Below are positions 37,292 to 46,141 of a DNA stretch of 59,356 bases, one piece after another (the stretch's first letter is position 1; every line of letters begins with the position of its first letter). The notes under the pieces are model-generated. The model was not told the DNA's origin. It saw only the letters and a list, made by a program, of their open reading frames with translations, and made no database searches. The translations under genes and the position numbers were made by a program. The DNA lies in contig JAILZB010000002.1 in assembly GCA_023512725.1 (NCBI GenBank), positions 1-59,356 on the forward strand, written 5' to 3'. Source of the DNA: Chloroflexota bacterium. GTDB lineage: Bacteria; Chloroflexota; Dehalococcoidia; SpSt-223.

Positions 37292-38319
37292 CAGCCCCCC
37301 AACTCGATGACTGCCTTCAGGCCAGGGCCAGGGTTCGCCGTGAGGGTGAAGGCCTCCTGGGCCCGCGCGAGCGGAAAGCGATGGGTGATCACCTCGGGGC
37401 CGCGGACCCGACCGCTGCGTAGCCACTCCAGGGCCAGGCGGGTTTCGTGGGGGCCAGCCGAGTAGCTCGCCCCGATGGTGTATTCCTGGAACCAGAGCCG
37501 GTGTGGCTCGATGGGCAACGTTTCCCCGGGCGCACAGGGAGCAAACAGCATCAGGTAGCCCCCCGGTTCGAGCAACTCGAGCCCCGCCTGCACCGGGCCA
37601 AGCCCCGAGGGGGTCACGAAGACGATATCGGCGAGCCGACCGTCGTTTACTTCCCGGAGCTGCTCGGGTGCCGGACCGCTCCCTGGATCGATCACGGCAT
37701 CAGCACCGTAGCCGGGCAGGCGCTCCCGTCGGGCCGCGATCGGGTCGGAGACGACGACCCGGCTTGCCCCCGCCAGGCGGCTTAGCTGGGTCAGGAAGAT
37801 CCCGTTCACGCCCGCCCCGATAATCGCGACCCGGTCACCCGGTCGGACGCCGGCTCGCTGGACGGCGCGGATGGCACAGGCGACCGGCTCAATGAGGGTC
37901 GCTACCGCGGAGGAGAGATCGTCGGGCAAGGGCAGGACGTCCAGCTCGACGTTGGCCGCTGGCACCCGAACGTATTCCGCCATCCCCCCCGGGTCCAGTC
38001 GCGTCGCCTTGAAGCGGGGGCAGTTCGACCAGTTCCCCCGCCGGCAGCGAGGACAGACCAGGCACGGCACGTGGTGGTGAACGAAGACCCGCTGCCCAGG
38101 GGCGACAGTCCTCACTCCCTCCCCAAGGGCCACCACCACTCCAACCGGCTCATGACCAGGGGTCAGGGGGGCGCGCGGCCGGAGGTACCACTCCATCACG
38201 TCGGAGCCGCAGACCCCACACAGCTCCATCTTGACCACGATCTCGCCTGGCCCTGGCTGCGGCTGGGGCAGCTCGACCACGCGGACATCGCTATTGGACC
38301 AGTACTGGACAGCTCGCAC
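37291..38319 (-). CDS. Zn-dependent medium-chain dehydrogenase/reductase (MDR) 1
   Basis: GHEPVGVV, CLVCPRCRRGNWSNC and GAGVNG. Confidence 0.8.
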   Translation of the reverse strand: MRAVQYWSNSDVRVVELPQPQPGPGEIVVKMELCGVCGSDVMEWYLRPRAPLTPGHEPVGVVVALGEGVRTVAPGQRVFVHHHVPCLVCPRCRRGNWSNCPRFKATRLDPGGMAEYVRVPAANVELDVLPLPDDLSSAVATLIEPVACAIRAVQRAGVRPGDRVAIIGAGVNGIFLTQLSRLAGASRVVVSDPIAARRERLPGYGADAVIDPGSGPAPEQLREVNDGRLADIVFVTPSGLGPVQAGLELLEPGGYLMLFAPCAPGETLPIEPHRLWFQEYTIGASYSAGPHETRLALEWLRSGRVRGPEVITHRFPLARAQEAFTLTANPGPGLKAVIELGG

Positions 38320-38340
38320 CAGCGTCCCGAACGTGAAAGT

Positions 38341-38359
38341 GGGGCGCTGGGTGCGCCCC
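38341..38359 (-). terminator. Weak terminator-like hairpin after ilvB
   Basis: On the minus strand: GGGGCGC-accca-GCGCCCC followed by ACTTTCACGTT. Confidence 0.3.
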
Positions 38360-38396
38360 GGCAGAGTATAGCGCGCGGGCCGCTCGCCCGCCGGCC

Positions 38397-40094
38397 TCAG
38401 ACGCCCGCGAGGCTGCGCTCAAAACGCGGGTCTTTGATCGTCTCGGCGAGGGAAGCTCCCGGCGGCACCATCGGGTAGCAGTTCTCCTCCGCCTCGACCA
38501 GGAAGTGCACCAGCGCCGGCCCATCGGCCTTCATCGCCGCCCGCAGCAGGTCCTCTACCTCGTCCGCCCGGTCGGTGCGGAAGCCAGCGATGCCATATGC
38601 CTCCGCCAGCTTGACGTAGTCGGGCCCGATCATGCGGACCTGGGAGTAGCGATTGTCGTGGAACAGTTCCTGCCACTGGCGGACCATCCCCAGGTAGCCG
38701 TTATCGACCACCGCGACCTTGACCGGGATGTTCTCCTGGACGCAGGTCGCCAGCTCCTGGAGCGTCATCTGGAACCCGCCATCTCCCTCGACCGCCCAGA
38801 CCATGGCATCCGGCTCCGCCAGCTTGGCTCCCATCGCGGCTGGCAAAGCGAAGCCCATCGTGCCGAGCCCCCCCGAGGTGATCAGCCGGTTCGGGTGGTC
38901 GTACCAGAAGAACTGGGCCTGCCACATCTGGTGCTGGCCCACGCCGGTAGCGATGTAGGCCTCGCCGTTGGTCACCTCGTAGAGCGCCCGGGCAACGTGC
39001 TGGGGCATCAGCCGGCCGGTATTGGGGATCTCGAGCGAGGGATGCTCCCGCTTCAGTTGCTCCAGCCGGGCCAGCCACTCCGGGTGCTGCTGCACGGCAA
39101 TCTGCGGGAGTAACTGGCGAAGCACCCGCTTGGCATCGCCCGTGATCGGCACGGCGATCTTGACGTTCTTGTCCGTCTCGGCCGGGTCGATATCGATGTG
39201 GACCAGCTTCGCCTGGGGTGCAAAGTCGACGAAACGGCCAAGGGCGCGGTCATCCCACCGGTTGCCGATCCCGATGATGACATCCGCCTCCCCCATGGCG
39301 AAGTTCACCCAGGCCATCCCATGCATCCCCATCATCCCCATGAAGAGCGGATGGGTGCCCGGGAAGCTCGAGATGCCGAGGAGCGTGTTCACCACCGGGA
39401 TCTGGGCCTTCTCCGCCAGTTCCCGCAGCTCCTCGTAGGCCCGGGAGAGGATCACCCCGTGCCCAGCGATGATCACCGGACGCTTCGCCTCGTTGATCAG
39501 CTTAGCCGCCCGTTTGACCGCCTGCGGATCGCCCTCGAGCTTCGGCTCATACCAAGGCAGCGAGACGGGAACGGGGTAACTGAACTCGGCCAGCTCAAGC
39601 TGGACGTCCTTGGGGATGTCGATGTGCACCACCCCCGGTCGGCCGCTCCTCGCGAGGTAGAACGCCTCGGCAAAGGTCAGGGCAAGGTCAGCGGCCGAGC
39701 GCACCAGGTAGTTGTGCTTGACGATCGGCAGGGTCACGCCGGTGATATCGCACTCCTGGAAGGCATCTCGCCCAATGAAGTGCCGCGCCACCTGCCCCGT
39801 GATCGCAATCATCGGCACCGAGTCCATCTGGGCGTTGCACAGCCCGGTGACCAGATTGGTCGCTCCCGGGCCCGAGGTCCCGATGCACACGCCCACATCA
39901 CCCTTCACCCGGGCGTACCCATCGGCCATGTGGGCGGCACACTGCTCGTGGCGGACGAGAATGTGGCGCAACTGGGGATAGTCCGGCATCACGTGATAGA
40001 GCGGGAGGACGGCGCCGCCGGGGTAGCCGAAGATGGTGGTCACCCCCTCCCGCACAAGGCATTCCATCACAATCTGTGCACCGCTGAGCCGCAT
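38397..40094 (-). CDS. ilvB: Acetolactate synthase (AHAS) large subunit
   Basis: GYPGGAVLPLYH, GTSGPGATNLVTG, DAFQECDITGVTLPIVKHNY and GGLGTMGFALPAAMGA. ATG at 40094 follows an AAGGAGAG Shine-Dalgarno. Confidence 0.9.
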   Translation of the reverse strand: MRLSGAQIVMECLVREGVTTIFGYPGGAVLPLYHVMPDYPQLRHILVRHEQCAAHMADGYARVKGDVGVCIGTSGPGATNLVTGLCNAQMDSVPMIAITGQVARHFIGRDAFQECDITGVTLPIVKHNYLVRSAADLALTFAEAFYLARSGRPGVVHIDIPKDVQLELAEFSYPVPVSLPWYEPKLEGDPQAVKRAAKLINEAKRPVIIAGHGVILSRAYEELRELAEKAQIPVVNTLLGISSFPGTHPLFMGMMGMHGMAWVNFAMGEADVIIGIGNRWDDRALGRFVDFAPQAKLVHIDIDPAETDKNVKIAVPITGDAKRVLRQLLPQIAVQQHPEWLARLEQLKREHPSLEIPNTGRLMPQHVARALYEVTNGEAYIATGVGQHQMWQAQFFWYDHPNRLITSGGLGTMGFALPAAMGAKLAEPDAMVWAVEGDGGFQMTLQELATCVQENIPVKVAVVDNGYLGMVRQWQELFHDNRYSQVRMIGPDYVKLAEAYGIAGFRTDRADEVEDLLRAAMKADGPALVHFLVEAEENCYPMVPPGASLAETIKDPRFERSLAGV

Positions 40095-40175
40095 GGCTAC
40101 TCTCCTTCTTTCGGCGCTTCCGCGCCCGTAGTCGTGGGCGTCCGCTGCCCGCGAAGGCTCGCCAGTGAGCCCAAC

Positions 40176-40205
40176 AAAAAACGCCCCGTCCGAAGGGACG
40201 AGACG
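40176..40205 (-). terminator. T-box leader terminator
   Basis: On the minus strand: CGUCUCGUC-ccuucg-GACGGGGCG (9 bp, two G.U pairs) followed by UUUUUU. Confidence 0.7.
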
Positions 40206-40431
40206 TTCGAGTCCCGTGGTACCACCCTTGTTGCCTGGAACTCCAGGCCACTCAGTCGGAGAACGCATTCTCCGCGTCCCGCTAACGGGGGACGAGCCGG
40301 CCGCGTCTACTACCCTCGCCTGAGAGGTTCGGGCGGCAGCTCAGGAGCGACCTTCGCCACGGCTCCCGCACCCGCTCTCACCAGCCCGGGCTCGCTGAAC
40401 GGGGTAGCCACGACTACTCCTCTCCGTCGTC
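40176..40431 (-). promoter_or_regulatory. T-box riboswitch leader of ilvB; best-guess specifier CUC (Leu)
   Basis: The minus strand carries AAGGGUGGUACCACGGGAC (T-box sequence, 40229..40214), overlapping an alternative terminator. Stem-I elements GGAGAGGAGUAG and CUGGUGAGAGC are present. The candidate specifier loop is GAAC|CUCUCAGGCGA, with CUC-A at 40324..40321. Confidence 0.75.
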
Positions 40432-40445
40432 ACCGTTCGGCTCCT

Positions 40446-40475
40446 ACTGTACACCACGCGGGCAGGAGTTGGCAA
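40446..40475 (-). promoter_or_regulatory. Sigma-70-type promoter of the T-box/ilvB transcript
   Basis: On the minus strand: TTGCCA, an 18-nt spacer, then TACAGT. Confidence 0.45.
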
Positions 40476-40566
40476 GCCCGATCCGCGGCTCACTCCTGGG
40501 CTCCCCGGCACGGTGGTGCGTGTCTCCTTGCGAGAGGTCCTCGCAGATGAATACTTCTCCCAGAGA

Positions 40567-40585
40567 TGGTACTATGTATCATTAC
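40567..40585 (+). promoter_or_regulatory. Extended -10 (TGgTACTAT) plus an imperfect AT-rich palindrome (possible Zur/MntR-type operator)
   Basis: tgGTACTATGTATCATTAC lies immediately upstream of the metal-binding-protein gene. It is the only AT-rich patch in a GC-rich spacer. Confidence 0.3.
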
Positions 40586-40612
40586 TGCGACTCATGAAGT
40601 GCTGAGGTGAGT

Positions 40613-41527
40613 ATGCTTCGTCTCCAGGCCGTGACCCTTCTGGCCACCATCATCCTGACTGGCTGTGCAAGCGGGAACCCCTTGCCCGCGGTGGGCACTC
40701 CGGGCGCGGGCCCGAGTTGCCCGGCCCAGCCATTGAATGTGGTCGCCGCTGAGAGTTTCTACGGGAGTATCGCCCTTCAGCTGGGAGGCGCCTGCGTACG
40801 CGTCTTCTCGGTGATCAGCAGCGCCGAGAGCGACCCCCACGAGTACCAGATCGATGCCCAGACGGCCCGCGCCTATCAGACCGCTCAGGTGGTGTTCCAG
40901 AACGGGCTCGGCTACGATGAGTTCTCGGAGAAAGTGGTCTCAACCCTCTCGACGCGGCCGATCGTGGTGACCTTTGGGGAAGTGCTCGGGCTGAAGCCGG
41001 GCGATAATCCTCACCTCTGGTACCATCCCCAGTACGTGGAGCGGATCGCCGCTGCCATGACGGCGGCCTACCAGCGGGCCCGCCCCGAGGCGAGCGCCTA
41101 TTTCGAGCAGCAAGCCCGAACGTTTCGGGAGGCGCTGCGGGAGTACCAGACGCTGGTCGAGCAGATCCGACGCCAGTATGCAGGCACCCCGGTTGGGGCC
41201 ACCGAGAGCATCGCGGTCTACCTGACCGAGGCGCTTGGCCTGCGCTTGCTCACGCCGCCGCAGCTGCTTGACACCATCTCTGAGGGAGGGCAGCCTTCGC
41301 TGGCTGATGTCACCACCATGCAGCAGCAGATCGAGCAGCGCCAGATCCGGGTGCTGATCGTCAATGCCCAGACCGAGAGCCCGCTTACCCGACGCTGGGC
41401 CGAGCTGGCCCGTGCGAGGGGAGTCCCGGTAGTCGAGGTCAGCGAGGTGCCTGCTGCGACCGATGCCACGTTCCAGGCCTGGCAGGTCCGGCAACTGCGC
41501 GCACTCCTTGCGGCCCTTGGAGGTTGA
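40613..41527 (+). CDS. Metal (Zn/Mn) ABC-transporter substrate-binding lipoprotein, cluster A-I (ZnuA/TroA-like)
   Basis: Lipobox LLATIILTGC and DPHEYQ motif. An in-frame GTG at 40607 is an alternative start. Confidence 0.8.
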   Translation: MLRLQAVTLLATIILTGCASGNPLPAVGTPGAGPSCPAQPLNVVAAESFYGSIALQLGGACVRVFSVISSAESDPHEYQIDAQTARAYQTAQVVFQNGLGYDEFSEKVVSTLSTRPIVVTFGEVLGLKPGDNPHLWYHPQYVERIAAAMTAAYQRARPEASAYFEQQARTFREALREYQTLVEQIRRQYAGTPVGATESIAVYLTEALGLRLLTPPQLLDTISEGGQPSLADVTTMQQQIEQRQIRVLIVNAQTESPLTRRWAELARARGVPVVEVSEVPAATDATFQAWQVRQLRALLAALGG

Positions 41528-42287
41528 GCTGACTCCACCCGCCCTTCACTTTCAGGACGTCGCTGCCACCCTCGGCCGGCATCCGATCTGGTCGGGCGCC
41601 ACCTTCGCCTTGCCAGCTGGTGCCCTGGCAGCCCTGATCGGCCCGAACGGCAGCGGGAAGACGACCCTGCTCCGGATCGTCCTTGGCACCCTCGCGCCCA
41701 GCGCCGGGCGAGTGGAGGTCTTCGGTGCTCCACCCCGCCGCGGGAACCGTTGGGTGAGCCTGGTCCCCCAACGGAGCGAGCTGCTGGATGAACTCGCGCT
41801 CCGCGCGCGCGACCTGGTGATGCTCGGCCTGACTGGCCACCGCTGGGGGCTGGGCCTGCCCTCGCGGGAAGAACACGCCCGCGTTGAGGCAGCGCTCGCG
41901 GCAGTGGACGCCCTCGCCTTTGCTGATCTGCCCGTCGGCTGGCTCTCCGGCGGTCAGCAGAAACGGCTCCTCATCGCCCAGGGGCTGGTGCACGAGGCAG
42001 CACTCCTGCTGCTGGATGAGCCGTTCGCCAACCTCGACCTCAAGGGGGAACGCGAGCTGGTCGCTCTCCTGACCCGCCTTAACCGCGAGCGGGGGGTCAC
42101 GGTCATCGTCGACACCCACTACCTCACCACGCTGCTCCCCGTCGTTACCCACGTCGTCTGCCTGCTCGACGGTCGCCCCCGCCTCGTCCCGCTGGAGGAG
42201 GTGCTCACGAGCGCGCTGCTCACCCGCCTCTACGGCACCCCAGTCGAAGCGGTGCGGGTGGCCGATGGCTCCCTGGTCATCCGCTGA
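41517..42287 (+). CDS. Metal ABC-transporter ATP-binding protein
   Basis: GPNGSGKTT, LSGGQQKR and LLLDEP. The start is uncertain: TTG at 41517 or ATG at 41463. Confidence 0.8.
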   Translation: MEVELTPPALHFQDVAATLGRHPIWSGATFALPAGALAALIGPNGSGKTTLLRIVLGTLAPSAGRVEVFGAPPRRGNRWVSLVPQRSELLDELALRARDLVMLGLTGHRWGLGLPSREEHARVEAALAAVDALAFADLPVGWLSGGQQKRLLIAQGLVHEAALLLLDEPFANLDLKGERELVALLTRLNRERGVTVIVDTHYLTTLLPVVTHVVCLLDGRPRLVPLEEVLTSALLTRLYGTPVEAVRVADGSLVIR

Positions 42288-43177
42288 TGCCCCTCCTGAG
42301 CCTGTTCCAGTACGACTTCCTGCGCCAGGCACTGATCGCCGGCACGCTGGTCGCAGTGACAGCCGGGGTGGTCGGCTACTTCCTGGTGCTGCGACAGAGT
42401 ACGTTCGCTGGCCACGCCCTCGCCCATCTTGGGTTCACTGGGGCTACCGGCGCCGCTCTGATCGGGGCGAATGTCGTCGGCGGGATGGTGCTGTTCACGC
42501 TCGCTGCTGCCCTGGTGATGGGCCTGCTCGGCGACCGCCTGCGCGGACGCGACGTAGCAATCGGCAGCGTGCTGGCTTTCAGCATGGGTCTCGGGAACCT
42601 CTTCCTCAGCCAGTCCACCCGCTTGACCAGCCGGGCTACAAGTGTTCTCTTCGGCGACCTCCTGGCTATCTCCGCCGATGCCACCCTCGTCGTGCTGGCC
42701 TGTAGCGTGTTTGTGCTGCTGGCAATTGCGCTAGCCTACCGGCCGTTGCTTTTCGCCTCGATCGACCCAGTGATTGCCGAGACCCGCGGCGTGCCCGTCC
42801 GCCTGTTCGGGGTCGGCTTTCTCCTCCTGCTCGCGCTTGCAGTCACCACCGCCACCCTGGTAGTGGGTGTGCTCTTGATCTTTGCGCTCCTGGTCACCCC
42901 GGCTGCTACCGCCCAGCGGCTGACTGCGCGGCCGGGCGCTGCCATTGCCCTTTCGGTCCTTTTCGCCGTCAGCAGTGTTTGGACGGGCCTCCTGCTGGCG
43001 CTGCTCGTGCCCTGGCCGCCCAGCTTCTTCATCACGGCGCTCTCGTTTGGCATCTACCTGCTCGTGACCGTTGGCCTACCCGCCGGGCAGCGTAGGCGCC
43101 GCTCCCGTCTGCTGCCGGCCTCTCTTCCTGCCACCGACACTCCCACCCGCCCGGAGGTGGTCAAGCAGCCGCGCTGA
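42287..43177 (+). CDS. Metal ABC-transporter permease (ZnuB/TroC-like)
   Basis: About eight TM segments. The start overlaps the stop of the ATPase gene. Confidence 0.85.
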   Translation: MPLLSLFQYDFLRQALIAGTLVAVTAGVVGYFLVLRQSTFAGHALAHLGFTGATGAALIGANVVGGMVLFTLAAALVMGLLGDRLRGRDVAIGSVLAFSMGLGNLFLSQSTRLTSRATSVLFGDLLAISADATLVVLACSVFVLLAIALAYRPLLFASIDPVIAETRGVPVRLFGVGFLLLLALAVTTATLVVGVLLIFALLVTPAATAQRLTARPGAAIALSVLFAVSSVWTGLLLALLVPWPPSFFITALSFGIYLLVTVGLPAGQRRRRSRLLPASLPATDTPTRPEVVKQPR

Positions 43178-43237
43178 GCGCGGGGACCCTCCCCTCGCTC
43201 GCGCAGCTCCTGCTGCTGGGGCCTGGTCGAGAGCGCG

Positions 43238-43417
43238 TCAGGGCACGGAAACCGGCTCGCTCGGGGCGGCCCTCCGCTGATGCGGCAGGTACTGGCCTGG
43301 AGTATGCGAGATCGGCTTGACCGGACCCTGCTTTGGCTTCCGGCTTGCCGTTCGGAAGAGCGAGAGGAAGAACGGGGCCAGCAACGCCAGCAGGTACGGG
43401 AAGGGGCAGCTACCCAT
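43238..43417 (-). CDS. Candidate small membrane protein (59 aa), absent from the ORF track (below its size cut-off)
   Basis: My own translation: MGSCPFPYLLALLAPFFLSLFRTASRKPKQGPVKPISHTPGQYLPHQRRAAPSEPVSVP. A GGAGG lies 10 nt upstream of the ATG. Third-position GC is high and there is one N-terminal TM helix. Confidence 0.3.
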   Translation of the reverse strand: MGSCPFPYLLALLAPFFLSLFRTASRKPKQGPVKPISHTPGQYLPHQRRAAPSEPVSVP

Positions 43418-43574
43418 CGTCTGAACGCCTCCACGGTGAGACCGACAGCGGCCATTCTACCGTGCCCAGCGCCCGGTTGTCACGTGTATCTAACCCAGCG
43501 TTAGCTCGCTGTTCACCTCCCGCTAATCTTCGCCCGCTACCCTCATCCTGCACTACCCAACGAGGAGAGCACCC

Positions 43575-43760
43575 ATGGCCCGACTAGCGTGCAAGCGCTG
43601 CGGTGGGACGATCGTCGCCAGCGACGACGGACCGGAATGCCTGAACTGCGGCCGTCCGCTGGTCAGGCCAGTCGTTCCTCCAACCGCCAAGCGGGTCTAT
43701 CTGCCGGGAGCTCCCGGTCCACGCCGATCCGACACCCGGCGGGTGGGCAGCCACCGCTAA
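43575..43760 (+). CDS. Small zinc-ribbon protein (61 aa)
   Basis: CKRCGG-x13-CLNCG (CxxC...CxxC), with a strong GAGGAGAG Shine-Dalgarno 6 nt upstream. Confidence 0.5.
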   Translation: MARLACKRCGGTIVASDDGPECLNCGRPLVRPVVPPTAKRVYLPGAPGPRRSDTRRVGSHR

Positions 43761-46141
43761 CGTCCGACGCTCAGCGTCCCCGCCAGCAGGGCATCACGGC
43801 CATTGCCCACCAGCCGTTCGCCCGAGAGCGGGTCATACAGCCCGGCTATCAACTGGTACTCGCCTGGGGGGAGGTCACTGGGAAGCGGCAACCGGCGTGG
43901 ATCCACGAGATATTCGCCAGCCTCCCAGCTGCTCGTCGGCCGTACTCCCCCCAGGGGCGGACCGTCGTGCTGGGCGATCAGCTTCCCATCCGCCGCCACC
44001 AGATGGAGAAAGACCGACCAGTCGCGGGCGAGGCGCGCCTCCGCCCGCCAGACGAGTTCCACCGTGACCGTCGCCCCTGGACGAGCACGTGGCGGCGTCA
44101 CCCGCACCCCAGCGAGCGCCACCGCGCTAAGGGTCTCCTCGCGCGGCTGGACCCCGGCTGGCAGCTCCCACCGACGCGGCGGCGTCTGCTCCCAGACGGT
44201 CCGACCGTCGCTCGCGAAGACGGCCAGCCGCAGCACGTCGTCCCAGAGTGCTGGTTCTCCCTCGCTCCTCCCGACCCGGAGCGGCAAGCGGCTGGCACGG
44301 TCCCAGGGGCTCCCCCCATCGGTGGCAACCAGCGAGACAGTGAACACCCCCGGACGCCGCCAGCGACCGAACGTCGGCGTGAGAGCCTGGAAGGGAGTCG
44401 CGCCCCAACGGGTCGGGGGCAAAAAGGTCGGCCCCACAAGCTGCCAGACCTCATCGCCAGGAGCAGGCGCGCGGTCTCCTTCGCTGACGATCACGAACAA
44501 GCGGTCACGCTCGTTGGGGCGCGCACCCGCGCGGAGCGCCAGCACCAGGTGGGGGGTTGAGGGTGGCTCCGGCACCAGCGTGTAGCCATCCAGGAGGAAG
44601 GTATCGCCGAAGGCGGCCTCAGCGCGGCGGGCCGGTGCTTGGGTGCGGAGCTGGTTGCGGTAGCCAGCTTCCACCTGAGCCTGGCTCGGCACTCCCCGCT
44701 GGAGGAGAAAGATGCCATCCTCCGCGGCGACGAGGCCGTAGTCACGGGCAAGCAGCTGGCGAAGGGTACGCAGCTGGTCTTCCACCACCAGCGGAACGTT
44801 GAGCGGCCAGGTATCGAGCACGACCACCTCAAAGTCGAGGCCGCGCGGATAGACCACGACCTGACGCCGCTGGGTCAGGTGTGGGTTCAGCTGAGGGGTC
44901 GCGCTGACCGATGCCTCCGGGGGAACCGCCGCAATCACCCGCTGTGCCACCGCGTAGTGCGGGTGCATCGGCTTGACTTCAAAATCCCAGGCGAGCGGCG
45001 TGAAGCCACGGGCCCGGCTGTAGCCCAGGGTCGCCACCAGCACCAGCAGGCTCGCTGCTGCCACCAGCCGCTGCCCCTGCCCGCTCCACTGAGCTAGCCG
45101 TGCTGTTCCGACGATGGCGGCAGCCACCACAAACGGGACGATCGGCGCTGGATAGTGGTTGACCTCGGGGAGCTTCTGGAGCGGGCTGTTGGAGAGCAGG
45201 TTCTCTGCCAGCGGCGGTAGCCCAAGGATGAGCACCTCCGGTGCCAGCAGAGCCAGGAACGCCACCGGTAGCAACAGCGCCAGGAGGTAGCCGAGCGGGT
45301 CACCATCTGCCAGCAACGGCCAGGCCCGCCAGGGCTGGGTCGCCAGGGTCAGCAGGATCTCCGGGATCGAGCTTCCCAGCTCGCGATAGCGCGGGAGATA
45401 GGGCGAGGCCCCACCCGGGTTGAAGTGGGGAATGACCACGAAGTTCGCCACGACGAACCACCCGGCGGCCAGCCCAATGGTCAACCCGCCGAGCCACCAG
45501 CGTCGCTGCACTAACAGTGCATACAGGCCGAGGGCGATCGCCACCAGCGGCATGTCCTCCTTGCAGCTCACTGCCAGCAAGGTGCCGAGCACGAACAGCA
45601 CGTTCTGGCGTTCCAGCAGACCGGCCACTGCCAGCGCCCAGAACGCGGCCGTCAGGGTCAGGGGGTGGAACTCGTAGAGCACTGCCGCCTGGAGCGCCGG
45701 CAGCAGCAGATAGGCGAGCGCAAAGGGAAGCGCAGCCCAGTCGCTGCCAAGGCAGCGGCGTGCCAGCCAGAAGAGTGGCACCGCCCCCAGCCCAACCACC
45801 ACCGCCTGAAGCACGAGCAGTGTGAGAGGGGTGCTCGCGACCCGATAGCTGAGCGCCAGCAGCAGCAAGACCGGCTCCACGTGCGCGCCCAACCGGTTCG
45901 TACCGCCGCGCCAGTTAGTGGATTCGAACCAGCGCCCCTGGCTCGTGTTCCAAACCGCCTGGTCCAGGTTGCCGAGGTCGTTGCCAGCGGTGCCAAACGT
46001 CAGGTGGCGATGGACGGAGAGGGCTGCAAAGAACCCGCTAAAAGCAAGCACCAGCAGCATGAGGATGAGCGTAGGCAGCCAATGCGCTCGGGCCAACGCA
46101 ACCGGGCGGCTCCGGGGCTGCGTCAGGGCAGGAGCCGTCAT
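43757..46141 (-). CDS. DUF2079-family polytopic membrane protein (GT-C-like) with C-terminal beta-rich domains
   Basis: HRHLTFGTAGNDLGNLDQAVWNTSQGRWFES is the DUF2079 signature. About 12 TM segments. The shared C-terminal domain reads ...WSVFLHLVAADGKLIAQHDGPPLGGVRPTSSWEAGEYLVD...PPGEYQLIAGLYDPLSGERL. Confidence 0.8.
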   Translation of the reverse strand: MTAPALTQPRSRPVALARAHWLPTLILMLLVLAFSGFFAALSVHRHLTFGTAGNDLGNLDQAVWNTSQGRWFESTNWRGGTNRLGAHVEPVLLLLALSYRVASTPLTLLVLQAVVVGLGAVPLFWLARRCLGSDWAALPFALAYLLLPALQAAVLYEFHPLTLTAAFWALAVAGLLERQNVLFVLGTLLAVSCKEDMPLVAIALGLYALLVQRRWWLGGLTIGLAAGWFVVANFVVIPHFNPGGASPYLPRYRELGSSIPEILLTLATQPWRAWPLLADGDPLGYLLALLLPVAFLALLAPEVLILGLPPLAENLLSNSPLQKLPEVNHYPAPIVPFVVAAAIVGTARLAQWSGQGQRLVAAASLLVLVATLGYSRARGFTPLAWDFEVKPMHPHYAVAQRVIAAVPPEASVSATPQLNPHLTQRRQVVVYPRGLDFEVVVLDTWPLNVPLVVEDQLRTLRQLLARDYGLVAAEDGIFLLQRGVPSQAQVEAGYRNQLRTQAPARRAEAAFGDTFLLDGYTLVPEPPSTPHLVLALRAGARPNERDRLFVIVSEGDRAPAPGDEVWQLVGPTFLPPTRWGATPFQALTPTFGRWRRPGVFTVSLVATDGGSPWDRASRLPLRVGRSEGEPALWDDVLRLAVFASDGRTVWEQTPPRRWELPAGVQPREETLSAVALAGVRVTPPRARPGATVTVELVWRAEARLARDWSVFLHLVAADGKLIAQHDGPPLGGVRPTSSWEAGEYLVDPRRLPLPSDLPPGEYQLIAGLYDPLSGERLVGNGRDALLAGTLSVGR

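Noticed and set aside
43054-43455. 133-aa minus-strand ORF overlapping the 3' end of the metal permease gene.
   Set aside because: Its composition is Arg/Ser-rich, it has no Shine-Dalgarno, and it overlaps a confident gene. A shorter Shine-Dalgarno-preceded ORF in another frame (43417..43238) explains the coding-like signal better.
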